A DNA stretch of 64,000 nt from Gammaproteobacteria bacterium (GTDB taxonomy: Bacteria > Pseudomonadota > Gammaproteobacteria > UBA4575), in contig CBDEUS010000001.1 in assembly GCA_965243395.1 (NCBI GenBank), forward strand, positions 832,001 to 896,000, read 5' to 3'. Below the pieces are notes generated by a model. The model was not told the DNA's origin. It saw nothing but the letters and a program-made list of their open reading frames with translations, and did not search any database. This document shows, piece by piece, positions 1 to 10,373 of this stretch; positions within the stretch are counted from its first letter, which is position 1, and every line of letters begins with the position of its first letter. Position numbers and translations under genes: made by a program.

Positions 1-553
1 TGCATCCTAGATTTACAAGCTCGTCCACGTCTTCTTTCAGTAATTCGGCCACAGCACCTAGATATTCTTCGGCGTCTCGATATGCACCTGAAGAGCGCTC
101 AGGATCCCAAAAGTTCGCAAACAAACTAGGACTGGGAATGGTGATTTTTACTGTGCGATTCGTTCTAGCTCGTGCATAGGTAAACTCTTCAGTACCTAGC
201 GAGCGTTGCCGTCGCAATGGTTCTAATACTGCAATAGGAGGGCGCTCAATCGATTTCTCGCCTAGATCATCGCTATGCCAGTCCCCCCATAGAAATGCAT
301 TGATGTCCCATTCACTAAAACCACTGTAGGATTCGCAAACTTGGCTCTGAAACGAAAGTCGACGCATTTCGCCATCGGTAAGAACATTCAACCCTGCCTC
401 CTCTTGCAGATGCAAAGCGGCATCGACTGCAGCATCCTCGATACACTTGAATTCTGACGGTGAGATTTCGTTTTTACTGCGTAAATGCAATGCTTCAATC
501 AATTCGGGTGGGCGCAATAGACTGCCAACAACATCAGCGCGTGCCTTGATCAT
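1..553 (-). CDS. Cobalamin-independent methionine synthase II (MetE C-terminal-like) family protein, 3' end runs off the window
   Basis: Not in the ORF track; manual translation from ATG at 553: MIKARADVVGSLLRPPELIEA...QEEAGLNVLTDGEMRRLSFQ, typical family motifs (VGSLLRP, TDGE.RR). ATG overlaps the stop of the upstream OmpA gene (ATGA). Confidence 0.85.
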   Translation of the reverse strand, partial: MIKARADVVGSLLRPPELIEALHLRSKNEISPSEFKCIEDAAVDAALHLQEEAGLNVLTDGEMRRLSFQSQVCESYSGFSEWDINAFLWGDWHSDDLGEKSIERPPIAVLEPLRRQRSLGTEEFTYARARTNRTVKITIPSPSLFANFWDPERSSGAYRDAEEYLGAVAELLKEDVDELVNLGC

Positions 554-1344
554 AATTTCTCTGTTTTAATCACAATTTCAACACGACGGTTTAAGCTTCT
601 GCCAGCATTGGTTGTATTGGATGCAACAGGAACTTCTTCACCAAATCCACGGGTTTCGATTCGTGTGGGTTCAATGCCACGTAATATTAAAAAGTTTTTC
701 ACGGCATCTGCACGTTGTAACGATAAACGTTTATTTGTATCGGCTTCACCCATACTATCTGTATGACCTTCAACGATGATTTCACGTTTTTCATTACCAA
801 TTAAATATTGAACTAAAGGTTCCAATCTTCTTTGCGACTCAAGTTTTAACTTAGAGCCGCCTGTATCAAACAATAAATCATTAATAACTAGAATGGTTCC
901 GCGACTGGTCTCTTCAGCTTTGTATTCACCCAAGACTTGTTCTAATTGCTTAATACGAGCTTGTGCATTGCGTGATTCTATAGAGGCACGTTTTGCAGCC
1001 ACACGACGCGCATGAGCGATCATCTCATGTTGTTGTAATTTTAAATTTTTTAGCTCTTGTTCTTGGTGATATTTAGCAAGAAGTTCTTGCGCAATTTGTT
1101 GTTTGCGTTTAGCAAGGTAAATATGATGGTCAGTTCGAGCTAGGTTATTTTCACTAAGCGCAGATTGCGCCAAATTCAATTGTTCTTCTGCTTCAAATAA
1201 CGATACCGAAGCAACTTGATTGATGTCAGGTATAGATTTAGTTTTGTTTAACTCTAAGTTGGCTTCATCTAAAGGTGGGTAAGATTTTGGAGCGCTTGCA
1301 CACCCAGAAATAACAACTAGTAAGAAAATAATAAAATATTTCAT
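550..1344 (-). CDS. OmpA/MotB-family peptidoglycan-binding lipoprotein with N-terminal coiled coil (DUF4398-like)
   Basis: Lipobox ISGC; C-terminal LFDTG...VEGHTDS...NKRLSLQRADAV...GFGEEVPVASN...NRRVEI. Confidence 0.9.
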   Translation of the reverse strand: MKYFIIFLLVVISGCASAPKSYPPLDEANLELNKTKSIPDINQVASVSLFEAEEQLNLAQSALSENNLARTDHHIYLAKRKQQIAQELLAKYHQEQELKNLKLQQHEMIAHARRVAAKRASIESRNAQARIKQLEQVLGEYKAEETSRGTILVINDLLFDTGGSKLKLESQRRLEPLVQYLIGNEKREIIVEGHTDSMGEADTNKRLSLQRADAVKNFLILRGIEPTRIETRGFGEEVPVASNTTNAGRSLNRRVEIVIKTEKL

Positions 1345-1351
1345 TGAGAAT

Positions 1352-1759
1352 TTAATTGTTAAGGGGCGTTACATTTATGGGTTCACGCCATTTTAATTCT
1401 TCATTTAAATTTGAAATACTATCTTCTAACTGTTTAACTTCTCCATCTACGATTAATCGTTGTGTCTTGATCTGAATCCATTCAACATCCACTAAAATTT
1501 GTTGTGCAAGCTGTTCGCTTTGCATATGGTTTTTATCAGCTTCTAATTTTTGCGCTTGTAAGAGTTTTGTTTTTACTGCATCTATCTCACTGCTAACGTG
1601 TTTACGATAGTTTGCATGATCCACACTGGTTACGGCCACTTTAGCTTGTGGCAAAGTTTTCGAAGGAGGTGAAGATGCGCAGGACGATAATAACAATACA
1701 AGCAAGAGCAAAACCACATTTAAGGCAAACGTCCTTTTTATGAATTTGGGCGCGTTCAT
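1352..1759 (-). CDS. DUF4398-like helical lipoprotein, partner of the OmpA gene
   Basis: Lipobox LSSC, helical content, directly upstream of the OmpA-like gene. Confidence 0.6.
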   Translation of the reverse strand: MNAPKFIKRTFALNVVLLLLVLLLSSCASSPPSKTLPQAKVAVTSVDHANYRKHVSSEIDAVKTKLLQAQKLEADKNHMQSEQLAQQILVDVEWIQIKTQRLIVDGEVKQLEDSISNLNEELKWREPINVTPLNN

Positions 1760-1887
1760 ATATTACATTTAGCTACTTAGTCGTTATTGTATTATTGATT
1801 TAACAGTTTTGTTTTACATCAGACCTAATGATAACTATAGTTTATAACATCAATACTATATAAAACTTTGTTGTTTCAAAACTTAAC

Positions 1888-2805
1888 ATGAAAATAGTCT
1901 ATTTTGTGCTTGGCATTTGCCTTATGTTAAGCCCCATACAACTGCTTGCAGAACGTTACCCATTGCCAAAAAAAGGCAATGCCATGATTGGTCAAATGTC
2001 TGTGACTACCACAAAAGACTCTGATACTTTCATTAAGTTGGCACGGCGCTTCGGTCTGGGGTTTCAAGAGTTGGTGCTGGCTAATCCTGAAGTTGACCCC
2101 TGGTTGCCTGGTGAGGGCACACAAATCGTCGTTCCAACGCGCTTTATTCTGCCTAAAGCAAAACGTCAAGGCTTAGTGTTAAATCTAGCTGAAATGCGTG
2201 TCTATTATTATCCGAAAGAATCGCCCGGCCATGTTTATACTTACCCCATAAGTATCGGCAAAGATGGATGGAGTACGCCACATAGTCAAACGAGAGTAAT
2301 CGCCAAGACAAAAAATCCAACCTGGACCCCACCTGAATCTATTCGCAAAGAGCATGAAGAAAATAACGATCCTCTCCCGCCTACGGTACCCCCTGGTCCT
2401 GATAATCCGCTTGGTAAATATGCCATACGTCTAGGGTTATCGGGCTATCTTATTCATGGTACAAATAATCCACGAGGTATTGGAATGAAAGTTACGCATG
2501 GTTGTATTCGTTTACATCCTGACGATATTAAAGATCTATTTTCTCGAATACCGATAGATACTCCCGTTACGATTGTTAACCAGCCATATAAGCTCGCTTG
2601 GCAAGATGGCAAGCTTTATGCCGAGATGCACCCCAATGAAGGGGATGAAAGCGGCAGTAACTCAAGATATTTAACACAGTTTGTGCAAGCAATTATTAGT
2701 GCTACACAGTCGAAAGAAGGCTATCAAGTGGATTGGGAACTTGCTAACCAAATGGCAAGGAATAAAACAGGAGTTCCGATATCTGTCGGTACTAAGCTTG
2801 AGTAG
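1888..2805 (+). CDS. L,D-transpeptidase (ErfK/YcfS/YnhG family)
   Basis: Signal peptide, ANPEVDPWLPGEG LysM-like part, PGPDNPLG, catalytic IHGTN...THGCIRL. Confidence 0.92.
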   Translation: MKIVYFVLGICLMLSPIQLLAERYPLPKKGNAMIGQMSVTTTKDSDTFIKLARRFGLGFQELVLANPEVDPWLPGEGTQIVVPTRFILPKAKRQGLVLNLAEMRVYYYPKESPGHVYTYPISIGKDGWSTPHSQTRVIAKTKNPTWTPPESIRKEHEENNDPLPPTVPPGPDNPLGKYAIRLGLSGYLIHGTNNPRGIGMKVTHGCIRLHPDDIKDLFSRIPIDTPVTIVNQPYKLAWQDGKLYAEMHPNEGDESGSNSRYLTQFVQAIISATQSKEGYQVDWELANQMARNKTGVPISVGTKLE

Positions 2806-2835
2806 TTGGTTTCTTAATTTACTACTTACAAACAT

Positions 2836-2864
2836 AAAAAAAGGCCCGTTAATCGGGCCTTTTT
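2836..2864. terminator. Bidirectional intrinsic terminator
   Basis: AAAAAAAGGCCCG-TTAAT-CGGGCCTTTTT between convergent genes. Confidence 0.85.
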
Positions 2865-2908
2865 GTTTATCTTAAATATTAAGATAAATATAGCTTGAGC
2901 TCACTCCC

Positions 2909-3205
2909 TTATTTAGAACCCATAGAACCGTCAAACATGCGGCTCATGCGACGAGAATTTGCATCGCAACATGCTTGCGCAGCGGTTGCTGCATCCTGAG
3001 CAGCTAGTGCTAAATCTTTAGCAGTTGCAGCATCATAAGCAGCAGAGTTTGCAGTACGTAAAGCTTCTTCAGCGATTGAACGAACCTCTGCCAATGGATC
3101 ACCTTCAGCTTCAGGCTCAGCCATAGTCTCAGTGGTTTGGCAACCGGTAGCGAAAATAGCTGCAAATCCGATTACTGCAGGGACTAGAAGTTTTTTAGTT
3201 AGCAT
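2909..3205 (-). CDS. Lpp/OprI-like alanine-zipper lipoprotein with C-terminal Lys
   Basis: Lipobox ATGC, Ala-rich helix, ends RMSRMFDGSMGSK, adjacent to the L,D-transpeptidase. Confidence 0.75.
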   Translation of the reverse strand: MLTKKLLVPAVIGFAAIFATGCQTTETMAEPEAEGDPLAEVRSIAEEALRTANSAAYDAATAKDLALAAQDAATAAQACCDANSRRMSRMFDGSMGSK

Positions 3206-3689
3206 ATTATTAACTCCGAAGTTATTTTAGATTGATAATCGTACGATTGATTAATTTCATTGTTCGTTACACTTCCACTTAACTTCCCAAATGGACACCT
3301 AGCGTCATTGACACTAAGTGCTGTAACAGAACGACGGTATTGTATGTAAAAACGTTATATTTACCAAGCTTATTATGCGCAATGTCTTAAATTTGATCGC
3401 TAACTAAGGAAAATTAGACACGAAATCATAATATTCCACTATATGAATAGTGATTTATTACTTTGTCGTTGTGGCAAAAATGGTTAAATAATCACCAATT
3501 AATTTTTGGATGCTGGTGTAATCTAAGATCAAGTTGCGTTAAACTAATTTATTAAATGTTAGCTAAAGTCTTGTTAAACAAGGTTTATTTACTATTACAG
3601 AGACTATCCGTCACTTAACATAATCAAATAAAATTTGTAAAGTCAGAATCATAATAACGAACAACACATTCTAGAGAGAACAAGGAACG

Positions 3690-4022
3690 ATGAATCATAG
3701 TGCTGCTCCGAATGAAGACAGGCGTATTACACGACGTAAACGATCACCTTCAAATTTACACTTATATTGTCCACAACTTAGTATCAAGAGAAGCAGACCC
3801 GTTAATCTAAGTACACGTGGTGCATTCTTAGACTATATTCCAGATCACGCCTATGTGGGACGCAGAGTACAGTTGGTGTTTTCTGTAGCTGATCACAATA
3901 CTATAAAGCTGATTCGAGTTTGGGCGGTTGTGGTGCATTTATCTAATGAAGGAATAGGGTTTGGCTTTACTCATAAGTATCGTTCATCTAGATCGATAAA
4001 CAACAATAGAAAATCTTTATAA
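3690..4022 (+). CDS. PilZ-domain protein
   Basis: RRxxR-like motif, NLSTRGAFL (D/NxSxxG), VVHLSNEGIGFGF. Confidence 0.7.
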   Translation: MNHSAAPNEDRRITRRKRSPSNLHLYCPQLSIKRSRPVNLSTRGAFLDYIPDHAYVGRRVQLVFSVADHNTIKLIRVWAVVVHLSNEGIGFGFTHKYRSSRSINNNRKSL

Positions 4023-4157
4023 AACACTGAAATTTATAAGGATATTTCTAATTTCATACAAATTTTGATAATTTGACAAAATTGATCTGCTTCACTTTAT
4101 GAAGCTCAGTTCCATGTTTATATTAATGCCATAACTTTGGAGAGTTAGAGAGCTCAA

Positions 4158-4676
4158 TTGATGGAAAGCGTTGAAGCTGAAGCTAAGGTCTATGTGCATC
4201 GCGAGGCAGATAGGCGCTTAGAAACCACATCTGTACAATTTCCTTTGCTAGATAGCGATTTTAATATCGTTCGTCAGGATAGACGTCGCATTATTGATAG
4301 GCGTAGGTCTAATCTGAAACTGATATGGCAAGAAAACCAGCCTATCCGTAATACGAGTTTCCTCACTTTAGAATACAATTATCAAAGCTACTTTTTTGAC
4401 AAACGCCTGAAAAAGTTTAGTTTAGGTCGTTCCCATCAGTCTGATTTGCGTATTGAAAATCGGTTTGTCTCTAAACACCATGCAACCCTAAATTATGAAA
4501 ATGGGGAATTCGTACTTAAAGACAATAGTTTAAACGGTACATTTATTGAAATGGAGGATCTTGGAAAGATCCGTATTCAAGGCCAAAAGGTATATTTGTA
4601 TGGAAAAGGTTTAATCAGTCTAGGCACACCGTTCGGGCGCAATCAAGAATCTGTTATTTGCTTCAATTGCGACTAG
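4158..4676 (+). CDS. FHA-domain protein
   Basis: LGRS...VSKHHA...LKDNSLNGTF. Confidence 0.8.
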   Translation: MMESVEAEAKVYVHREADRRLETTSVQFPLLDSDFNIVRQDRRRIIDRRRSNLKLIWQENQPIRNTSFLTLEYNYQSYFFDKRLKKFSLGRSHQSDLRIENRFVSKHHATLNYENGEFVLKDNSLNGTFIEMEDLGKIRIQGQKVYLYGKGLISLGTPFGRNQESVICFNCD

Positions 4677-4968
4677 TAATTTTCTTTTAGTCGCAGCACT
4701 TTCTTATTCAACTAAATTATCTTGCTGGGCAAAATATGCACAGCAATGGCATAATTTAATTTTAGGAATTAAAACAATAAACTTAATAATATTAATGTTT
4801 AACTAATAACATTAATACGCCAATCAGCAGTACTAACAAAGCGAATAGCAAATTTATAGATAGCGACATTAGCTTGTCTTTTTATTGTTATGAGGTTTAT
4901 TTTTGTTATTTGTTGATTGTATGCTGAATCAAGATAAATATTTACAACAAATATATAGTGGTTAACAC

Positions 4969-6081
4969 GTGGACACGTTTCATAAGCGAGTAAATGAACT
5001 ACTTACCCTTGCAAATATTAAGGTTGCTGGTAATCAAGCTTGGGATATACAAGTTCTTGATGATCGTTTTTATAAACGAGTATTAGCAGATGGTTCACTT
5101 GGTTTGGGTGAGTCTTATATGGACTGTTGGTGGGAAGTTGAATCATTGGACCAGTTATTCTGTAATATTTTATCTTCCGACATTGAACATCGAGTTAAAA
5201 CTAAAGGTTTTATTTGGTTAGCTTTGCAATCAAAGCTGTTTAATCTTCAAAGTATTCGCCGCGCCTTTCGCGTAGGAGAAAAACATTACGATATCGGTAA
5301 TGATTTATTTAACAAGATGCTCGATAAACGTCTTACTTATACTTGTGGTTATTGGAAAGATGCAAAAAATCTTGATCAAGCCCAGGAGCACAAGCTTGAT
5401 CTAGTTTGTCGCAAAATTGGATTGAAAGAAAATCAACGCGTGCTGGACATTGGTTGTGGGTGGGGAAGTTTTATTAAATTTGCTGCCGAACGTTACGGGG
5501 CTCAAACTGTAGGAGTTACTATTTCTAAAGAACAGGCAGAGTTTGCAAGAGAAAATTGTAAAAATTTACCTGTTGAAGTCAGATTGCAAGATTACCGCGA
5601 GTTAAACGAAAAGTTTGACCATATAATATCTCTGGGAATGTTTGAGCATGTAGGGCCAAAAAATTATAAGACTTATATGCAAGTAGCATCTCGATGCTTA
5701 AAGGAAAATGGTTTATTTTTATTACATACCATAGGGGCAAACTATACGCGCCATAGTCCAGACCCCTGGATTAATAAATATATTTTCCCTAATGGGGTGC
5801 TGCCATCACTAAGAGATATTAGTAATTCATTTGATAAAATATTTGTTTTAGAAGACTTCCATAGTTTTGGTCCAGATTATGATAAAACATTAATGGCATG
5901 GTTTAATAATTTTGATAAAAGCTGGAAACAACTTTGCGATAAATATGGCGAACGATTTTATAGAATGTGGAAGTATTATTTATTAGGTTGTGCAGGGGCA
6001 TTTCGTGCTAGAAATATTCAGTTATGGCAGCTCGTTTTCTCTAAACATGGTGTACCAGGTGGCTATACCCCGGTTAGATAA
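4969..6081 (+). CDS. cfa: Cyclopropane-fatty-acyl-phospholipid synthase
   Basis: GSLGLGESYMD, HYDIGNDLF, VLDIGCGWG, GMFEHVG, RMWKYYL. Confidence 0.93.
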   Translation: MDTFHKRVNELLTLANIKVAGNQAWDIQVLDDRFYKRVLADGSLGLGESYMDCWWEVESLDQLFCNILSSDIEHRVKTKGFIWLALQSKLFNLQSIRRAFRVGEKHYDIGNDLFNKMLDKRLTYTCGYWKDAKNLDQAQEHKLDLVCRKIGLKENQRVLDIGCGWGSFIKFAAERYGAQTVGVTISKEQAEFARENCKNLPVEVRLQDYRELNEKFDHIISLGMFEHVGPKNYKTYMQVASRCLKENGLFLLHTIGANYTRHSPDPWINKYIFPNGVLPSLRDISNSFDKIFVLEDFHSFGPDYDKTLMAWFNNFDKSWKQLCDKYGERFYRMWKYYLLGCAGAFRARNIQLWQLVFSKHGVPGGYTPVR

Positions 6082-6092
6082 TTTTTAAATAA

Positions 6093-6536
6093 GTGACACA
6101 ATTTATTTCCATTTCAAAAGCGGCTACATTAGCAAATGTGCATGCCAAAGAAATTCAGGAAAAAATTGATAATAAGCAGTTAGCCTCCACGCGCGGAAAA
6201 ATCCACCTAGATGATTTAATTCATTGCTACCCACAAGCAAAGATAGATCAGGTTAATATGGTGTCTTTGGTGGAAAAAATTAAAGAGCAATCATTTGAGA
6301 CTGGTGCTGCTAAAGCGCATGGCGAAGTCAGTATCGAAGCGCTTAAGCAAAAAATACTTAAATATAAAACAAATGCAAACTACTATCACGAACAAGTAAT
6401 TAAATACGAAGATTTAATATTACATATACAAGAAAATTTAGCTGATATCCAAAATCGTAATCCAAATGACCATCGCGCACAGCGACTCATTGACTGGATT
6501 AATAAACGTTTGCATGAAATTCACCGAAATGATTAG
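6093..6536 (+). CDS. Hypothetical protein, N-terminal HTH-like segment and C-terminal coiled coil
   Basis: 147-aa ORF 11 bp after cfa; ISISKAATLA pattern resembles excisionase/MerR-type HTH starts. Confidence 0.55.
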   Translation: MTQFISISKAATLANVHAKEIQEKIDNKQLASTRGKIHLDDLIHCYPQAKIDQVNMVSLVEKIKEQSFETGAAKAHGEVSIEALKQKILKYKTNANYYHEQVIKYEDLILHIQENLADIQNRNPNDHRAQRLIDWINKRLHEIHRND

Positions 6537-6593
6537 CATCTAGCCGCCAAAGAACTACCAAATTCCTTCAATTTAATTTTAAACAATAGAAAC

Positions 6594-6830
6594 TTACTGT
6601 TTGGTAATTTCGTCTGCTTCGCCTGAGTTTGGAGTATCTCTTTTAAAGATATTGAATAGGTCTATACCAAAATAACTAAGACAGCTTAATAACAGAACGG
6701 TGGCGGCTGCTTCATCTAGATTGCCAATTATCGGAATATTATCTGGAATAAGCTCGATGAATCCCGCACCAGGATTAATTATGTAGACCAGAGAAATAAT
6801 TCCTACGATTGCTATAACTATACTTTTCAT
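6594..6830 (-). CDS. DUF1232 (YkvA-like) small membrane protein
   Basis: YIINP...ELIPDNIPIIGNLDE motif. Confidence 0.8.
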   Translation of the reverse strand: MKSIVIAIVGIISLVYIINPGAGFIELIPDNIPIIGNLDEAAATVLLLSCLSYFGIDLFNIFKRDTPNSGEADEITKQ

Positions 6831-6879
6831 GGAAAGTGATAATTAAGCAAAAACATCCCTGTTAATAATTTCTATTAGA

Positions 6880-7080
6880 CTAATCTAGTACAAAAGTGAT
6901 TTTTAATACAACGCGATGCTCTTCGATTTCACCACCTTTAACTGTAACCTGGTGATCTTTAACCCATGCACTTTTTATGCCTTTTAAGGTTTTGTTTGCG
7001 CGAGCAATACCCGTTTCAATTGCATCTTCGTAACTTTTATTAGATGAAGCGCTTATTTCTGATATTTTTGCAACACTCAT
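6880..7080 (-). CDS. Dodecin-family flavin-binding protein
   Basis: SVAKISEISASS..SYEDAI..GIARA.KTL..I.SAWV...LKITFVLD. Confidence 0.88.
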   Translation of the reverse strand: MSVAKISEISASSNKSYEDAIETGIARANKTLKGIKSAWVKDHQVTVKGGEIEEHRVVLKITFVLD

Positions 7081-7215
7081 TATGAGGATCTCCTAGGTTA
7101 TTAGTATTAATATTTATGCAATCAAGCTTACCTTAGTTATTAAAAAATTGTAATCTGTATAGAAGTTACATTTTGTAATGTTTAATGTATCTTTCCTTTA
7201 TATAGGTTATATGAA

Positions 7216-8145
7216 ATGCAAACACCACCACGACCACATTTAGAACGTTTATTACAAGCTGTTTCGAGTATGCCAGCATTGAAAACAGCTGTTGTTCATC
7301 CTGTAGGCAAGTCTTCTTTGTTGGGGGCAATAGAAGCAGCAGAAGAAGGTTTAATTTCACCTCTACTTGTTGGTCCAAAGCAGCGAATCGAGGCAGTTGC
7401 CAAAGAGGCAAAACTGGATATAAGTGGCTGCGAAATTATTGCCTCGAAACATAGTCACGACTCGGCAAAGTTGGCGGTTGAATTGGCTCGGGATGGACAA
7501 GTGTCTGCAATAATGAAAGGTAAACTTCATACGGATGAGCTTATGAGTGCAGTTGTAAGTCGTGAAGGAGGCTTGCGTACAGGCAGAAGAATGAGCCATG
7601 TTTTCGCATTTGATGTTCCTACTTATCCAAGACCTTTATTTATTACCGATGCCGCAATCAACATTACTCCAGATTTAGAAACAAAAGCTGATATTGTGCG
7701 CAATGTAATTGAACTTGCGCATATACTCGATATTGCCAACCCACGCATTGCTATTTTATCTGCAGTCGAAACCGTTACTTCAAAAATCGAATCAACTTTG
7801 CATGCGGCTGCATTATGCAAAATGGCCGATCGCGGGCAAATAAAAGGGGGCCTCTTAGATGGTCCGCTTGCATTCGACAATGCTGTTTCTGAAGAAGCAG
7901 TCAAGATAAAAGGGATCGAGTCAGATGTTGCAGGTAAGGCTGAAGTTTTGATGGTACCCGATATAGAAGCGGGAAATATGTTGGCTAAACAATTGGAGTA
8001 TTTAGCTGAGGCAGAGGGTGCTGGAATTGTATTAGGAGCAAAAGTGCCGGTAGTACTACCTAGTCGAGCGGACGATGCTATGAGTCGTTTAGCGGCATGT
8101 GCTTTGGCGGTAATTATTTCCAATAGTAAACCCGTTAATCAATGA
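7216..8145 (+). CDS. Phosphate acetyl/butyryltransferase
   Basis: IMKGKLHTD, TDAAINI.P, DGPLAFDNA, PDIEAGNMLAK, SRAD; coupled to acetate kinase. Confidence 0.9.
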   Translation: MQTPPRPHLERLLQAVSSMPALKTAVVHPVGKSSLLGAIEAAEEGLISPLLVGPKQRIEAVAKEAKLDISGCEIIASKHSHDSAKLAVELARDGQVSAIMKGKLHTDELMSAVVSREGGLRTGRRMSHVFAFDVPTYPRPLFITDAAINITPDLETKADIVRNVIELAHILDIANPRIAILSAVETVTSKIESTLHAAALCKMADRGQIKGGLLDGPLAFDNAVSEEAVKIKGIESDVAGKAEVLMVPDIEAGNMLAKQLEYLAEAEGAGIVLGAKVPVVLPSRADDAMSRLAACALAVIISNSKPVNQ

Positions 8146-9329
8146 AAAATATTTTAGTGATTAATGCTGGTTCTTCCAGTGTAAAACTTTCTATTTTTGA
8201 TGCTACTAAACAAAATTTAACAAAAATTATTCACGCACGGGCCGTAAGACTTTTCCATCAAGATGCACTTATTACGATTTATGATAAAGACAAAATTGTC
8301 TTGGTTGAAAAAAACTTGGCAGAGATAACGGTTCAAGTACCCAATCACAAAGTAGCAATCGAATTTTTTCTTGGTTGGTTGTCACAACAACCCGAAATTA
8401 ATTTACAAGCCGTAGGACACCGTGTGGTACATGGTGGGCCCAAGTATTCAAAGCCTGAAGTGCTAACCAGTGAGGTTATGGATGATTTGGTTGCTTATCA
8501 ACCGCTTGCCCCATTACATCAAGAACATAACTTGGCACCAATCGGTGCAATAAAAGAGTTATATGCTGATTTGCTCCAAATAGCTTGTTTTGATACAGCA
8601 TTCCACCAAAACATGCCTCAAGTTGCTAAGCGTTTTGCTTTGCCTGGTAAATATTATGAAGAAGGCGTGATGCGATATGGTTTTCATGGCTTGTCATATG
8701 AATACATCTTGGAATCACTATCAGTACAACAAAGTTTAAATAATAAAAAAATAGTCATAGCACACTTAGGTAATGGCGCTAGCATGTGTGCCGCACAAAA
8801 TGGCAAATCAATTGCTACAACAATGAGTTTTACACCTTTAGATGGTTTGGTAATGGGCACAAGATGTGGTGATTTAGATCCAGGAGTTATTTTACATTTA
8901 TTAACGCATTATGAGTTAACTTCAGAAGAGATTACTGAATTGTTATATAAAAAATCTGGTTTGCTGGGAGTCTCAGGAGAAACAAATAACATGCGTAAAT
9001 TATTAGACTCAAATACAAAGACCTGTATCGAGGCAATAGATTTATTTTGTTACCAAGTTAATCGATTTATGGGTATGCTGGTTGCTGAATTGGGCGGTGT
9101 AGATCAAATTGTTTTTACAGCAGGTATTGGAGAGAACTCACCAGAGATTCGATCTAAAATCTGCAAGTTAGCGAGTTGGTTAGGAATAGAAATAGACACA
9201 GAAGCTAATGAAAATAATATTAATAAGATTAGTAGTCCAAGTAGTGCGGTGGAAGTTTTTGTAATTCCTACAAATGAAGCATTAATGATTGCAAAGCATA
9301 CGCATAGAATAATGAATAACAGTAAATAA
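8142..9329 (+). CDS. ackA: Acetate/propionate kinase
   Basis: INAGSSS.K, GHRVVHGG, FDTAFH, RYGFHGLS, HLGNGAS, FTAGIGEN, PTNE. Confidence 0.93.
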   Translation: MKNILVINAGSSSVKLSIFDATKQNLTKIIHARAVRLFHQDALITIYDKDKIVLVEKNLAEITVQVPNHKVAIEFFLGWLSQQPEINLQAVGHRVVHGGPKYSKPEVLTSEVMDDLVAYQPLAPLHQEHNLAPIGAIKELYADLLQIACFDTAFHQNMPQVAKRFALPGKYYEEGVMRYGFHGLSYEYILESLSVQQSLNNKKIVIAHLGNGASMCAAQNGKSIATTMSFTPLDGLVMGTRCGDLDPGVILHLLTHYELTSEEITELLYKKSGLLGVSGETNNMRKLLDSNTKTCIEAIDLFCYQVNRFMGMLVAELGGVDQIVFTAGIGENSPEIRSKICKLASWLGIEIDTEANENNINKISSPSSAVEVFVIPTNEALMIAKHTHRIMNNSK

Positions 9330-9353
9330 TATTAGTTTATTGAAAAAAGGATT

Positions 9354-10190
9354 ATGAGAAGAAGAACCTATCGTTACGGCCGCCGTGGAAATCGTGGAGG
9401 AGGCGCGATACGTCTACTTCCGATTGTTTTATTTGGTTTGTATCTAGCATATTACTATTTTAGCAACCAAGAAGAAGTTGCTATGACAGGACGTTCACAA
9501 CTAATTGATATTTCTCACGAACAAGAAATGGCGTTGGGTTTACAGAGTTACCAGCAAATTTTGTCTGAATCAAATGTGCTTCGCTCGGGACAAGCAGTAG
9601 AACTTGTTCGCGAGATAGGTTATCGCTTGGCAAAGGTGATCGATCATGACCCGGGATTCGAATGGGAGTTTAATGTCATTGATTCTAATCAGGCTAATGC
9701 CTTTGCGTTACCGGGTGGCAAGGTGGCTGTATACACAGGTATTTTACCGATTGTGCAAAATGTTGATGGCTTGAGCGCGGTAATGGGGCATGAAATTGCT
9801 CATGCAGTAGCGAGGCACGGCGCTGAGCGAATGGCGCATCAAAAACTTGTCCAATATGGCAGTATGGCTGCAGGCATGGCTCTAGGCTCTATGGATGCAA
9901 GCACACAAAAAATGGTTATGGGGGCACTGGGTATGGGAGCGCAATATGGTGTCTTGTTGCCTTTTTCCCGCAAACACGAATCGGAAGCGGACTATATGGG
10001 CTTGATTTATTTAGCAAGGGCATGTTTTGACCCACGCGAAGCTCCCAAAATTTGGATAAGAATGGGGGAGCATAGCAAAGGGCAACCCTCAGAGTTTATG
10101 TCAACACACCCAAGCCATGAGACGCGTATTCGACAACTTAATGAATGGATGCCAGAAGCACTTGAAGTTAGAGAAAAATACTGTAAATGA
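9354..10190 (+). CDS. M48-family zinc metallopeptidase
   Basis: NAFALPGG, HEIAH, ESEADY, FMSTHP. Confidence 0.9.
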   Translation: MRRRTYRYGRRGNRGGGAIRLLPIVLFGLYLAYYYFSNQEEVAMTGRSQLIDISHEQEMALGLQSYQQILSESNVLRSGQAVELVREIGYRLAKVIDHDPGFEWEFNVIDSNQANAFALPGGKVAVYTGILPIVQNVDGLSAVMGHEIAHAVARHGAERMAHQKLVQYGSMAAGMALGSMDASTQKMVMGALGMGAQYGVLLPFSRKHESEADYMGLIYLARACFDPREAPKIWIRMGEHSKGQPSEFMSTHPSHETRIRQLNEWMPEALEVREKYCK

Positions 10191-10373
10191 CAATTGCTAT
10201 TTGTAATTGTTAAGCAACTAAACTAAAAAAATGTAATCAAACACATCGTTAGTATTTAATATAAAACACTTCACATAGAAACAGTAAATCGCATAGAATG
10301 ATGTCACTACCAAGTGTAAGTGCTGACACCAGCCCAGTTATACCAAATTAAATTAACTATAATGGAGAAGTCG

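Noticed and set aside
4082-4095. CRP/FNR-like site TTGATCTGCTTCAC upstream of the FHA gene
   Set aside because: Half-site match only in AT-rich DNA; not distinguishable from chance
7623-8123. 166-aa minus-strand ORF and similar antisense ORFs (e.g. 51032-51496, 28734-29030, 56520-56825)
   Set aside because: Shadows of well-supported genes on the opposite strand with no recognisable motifs
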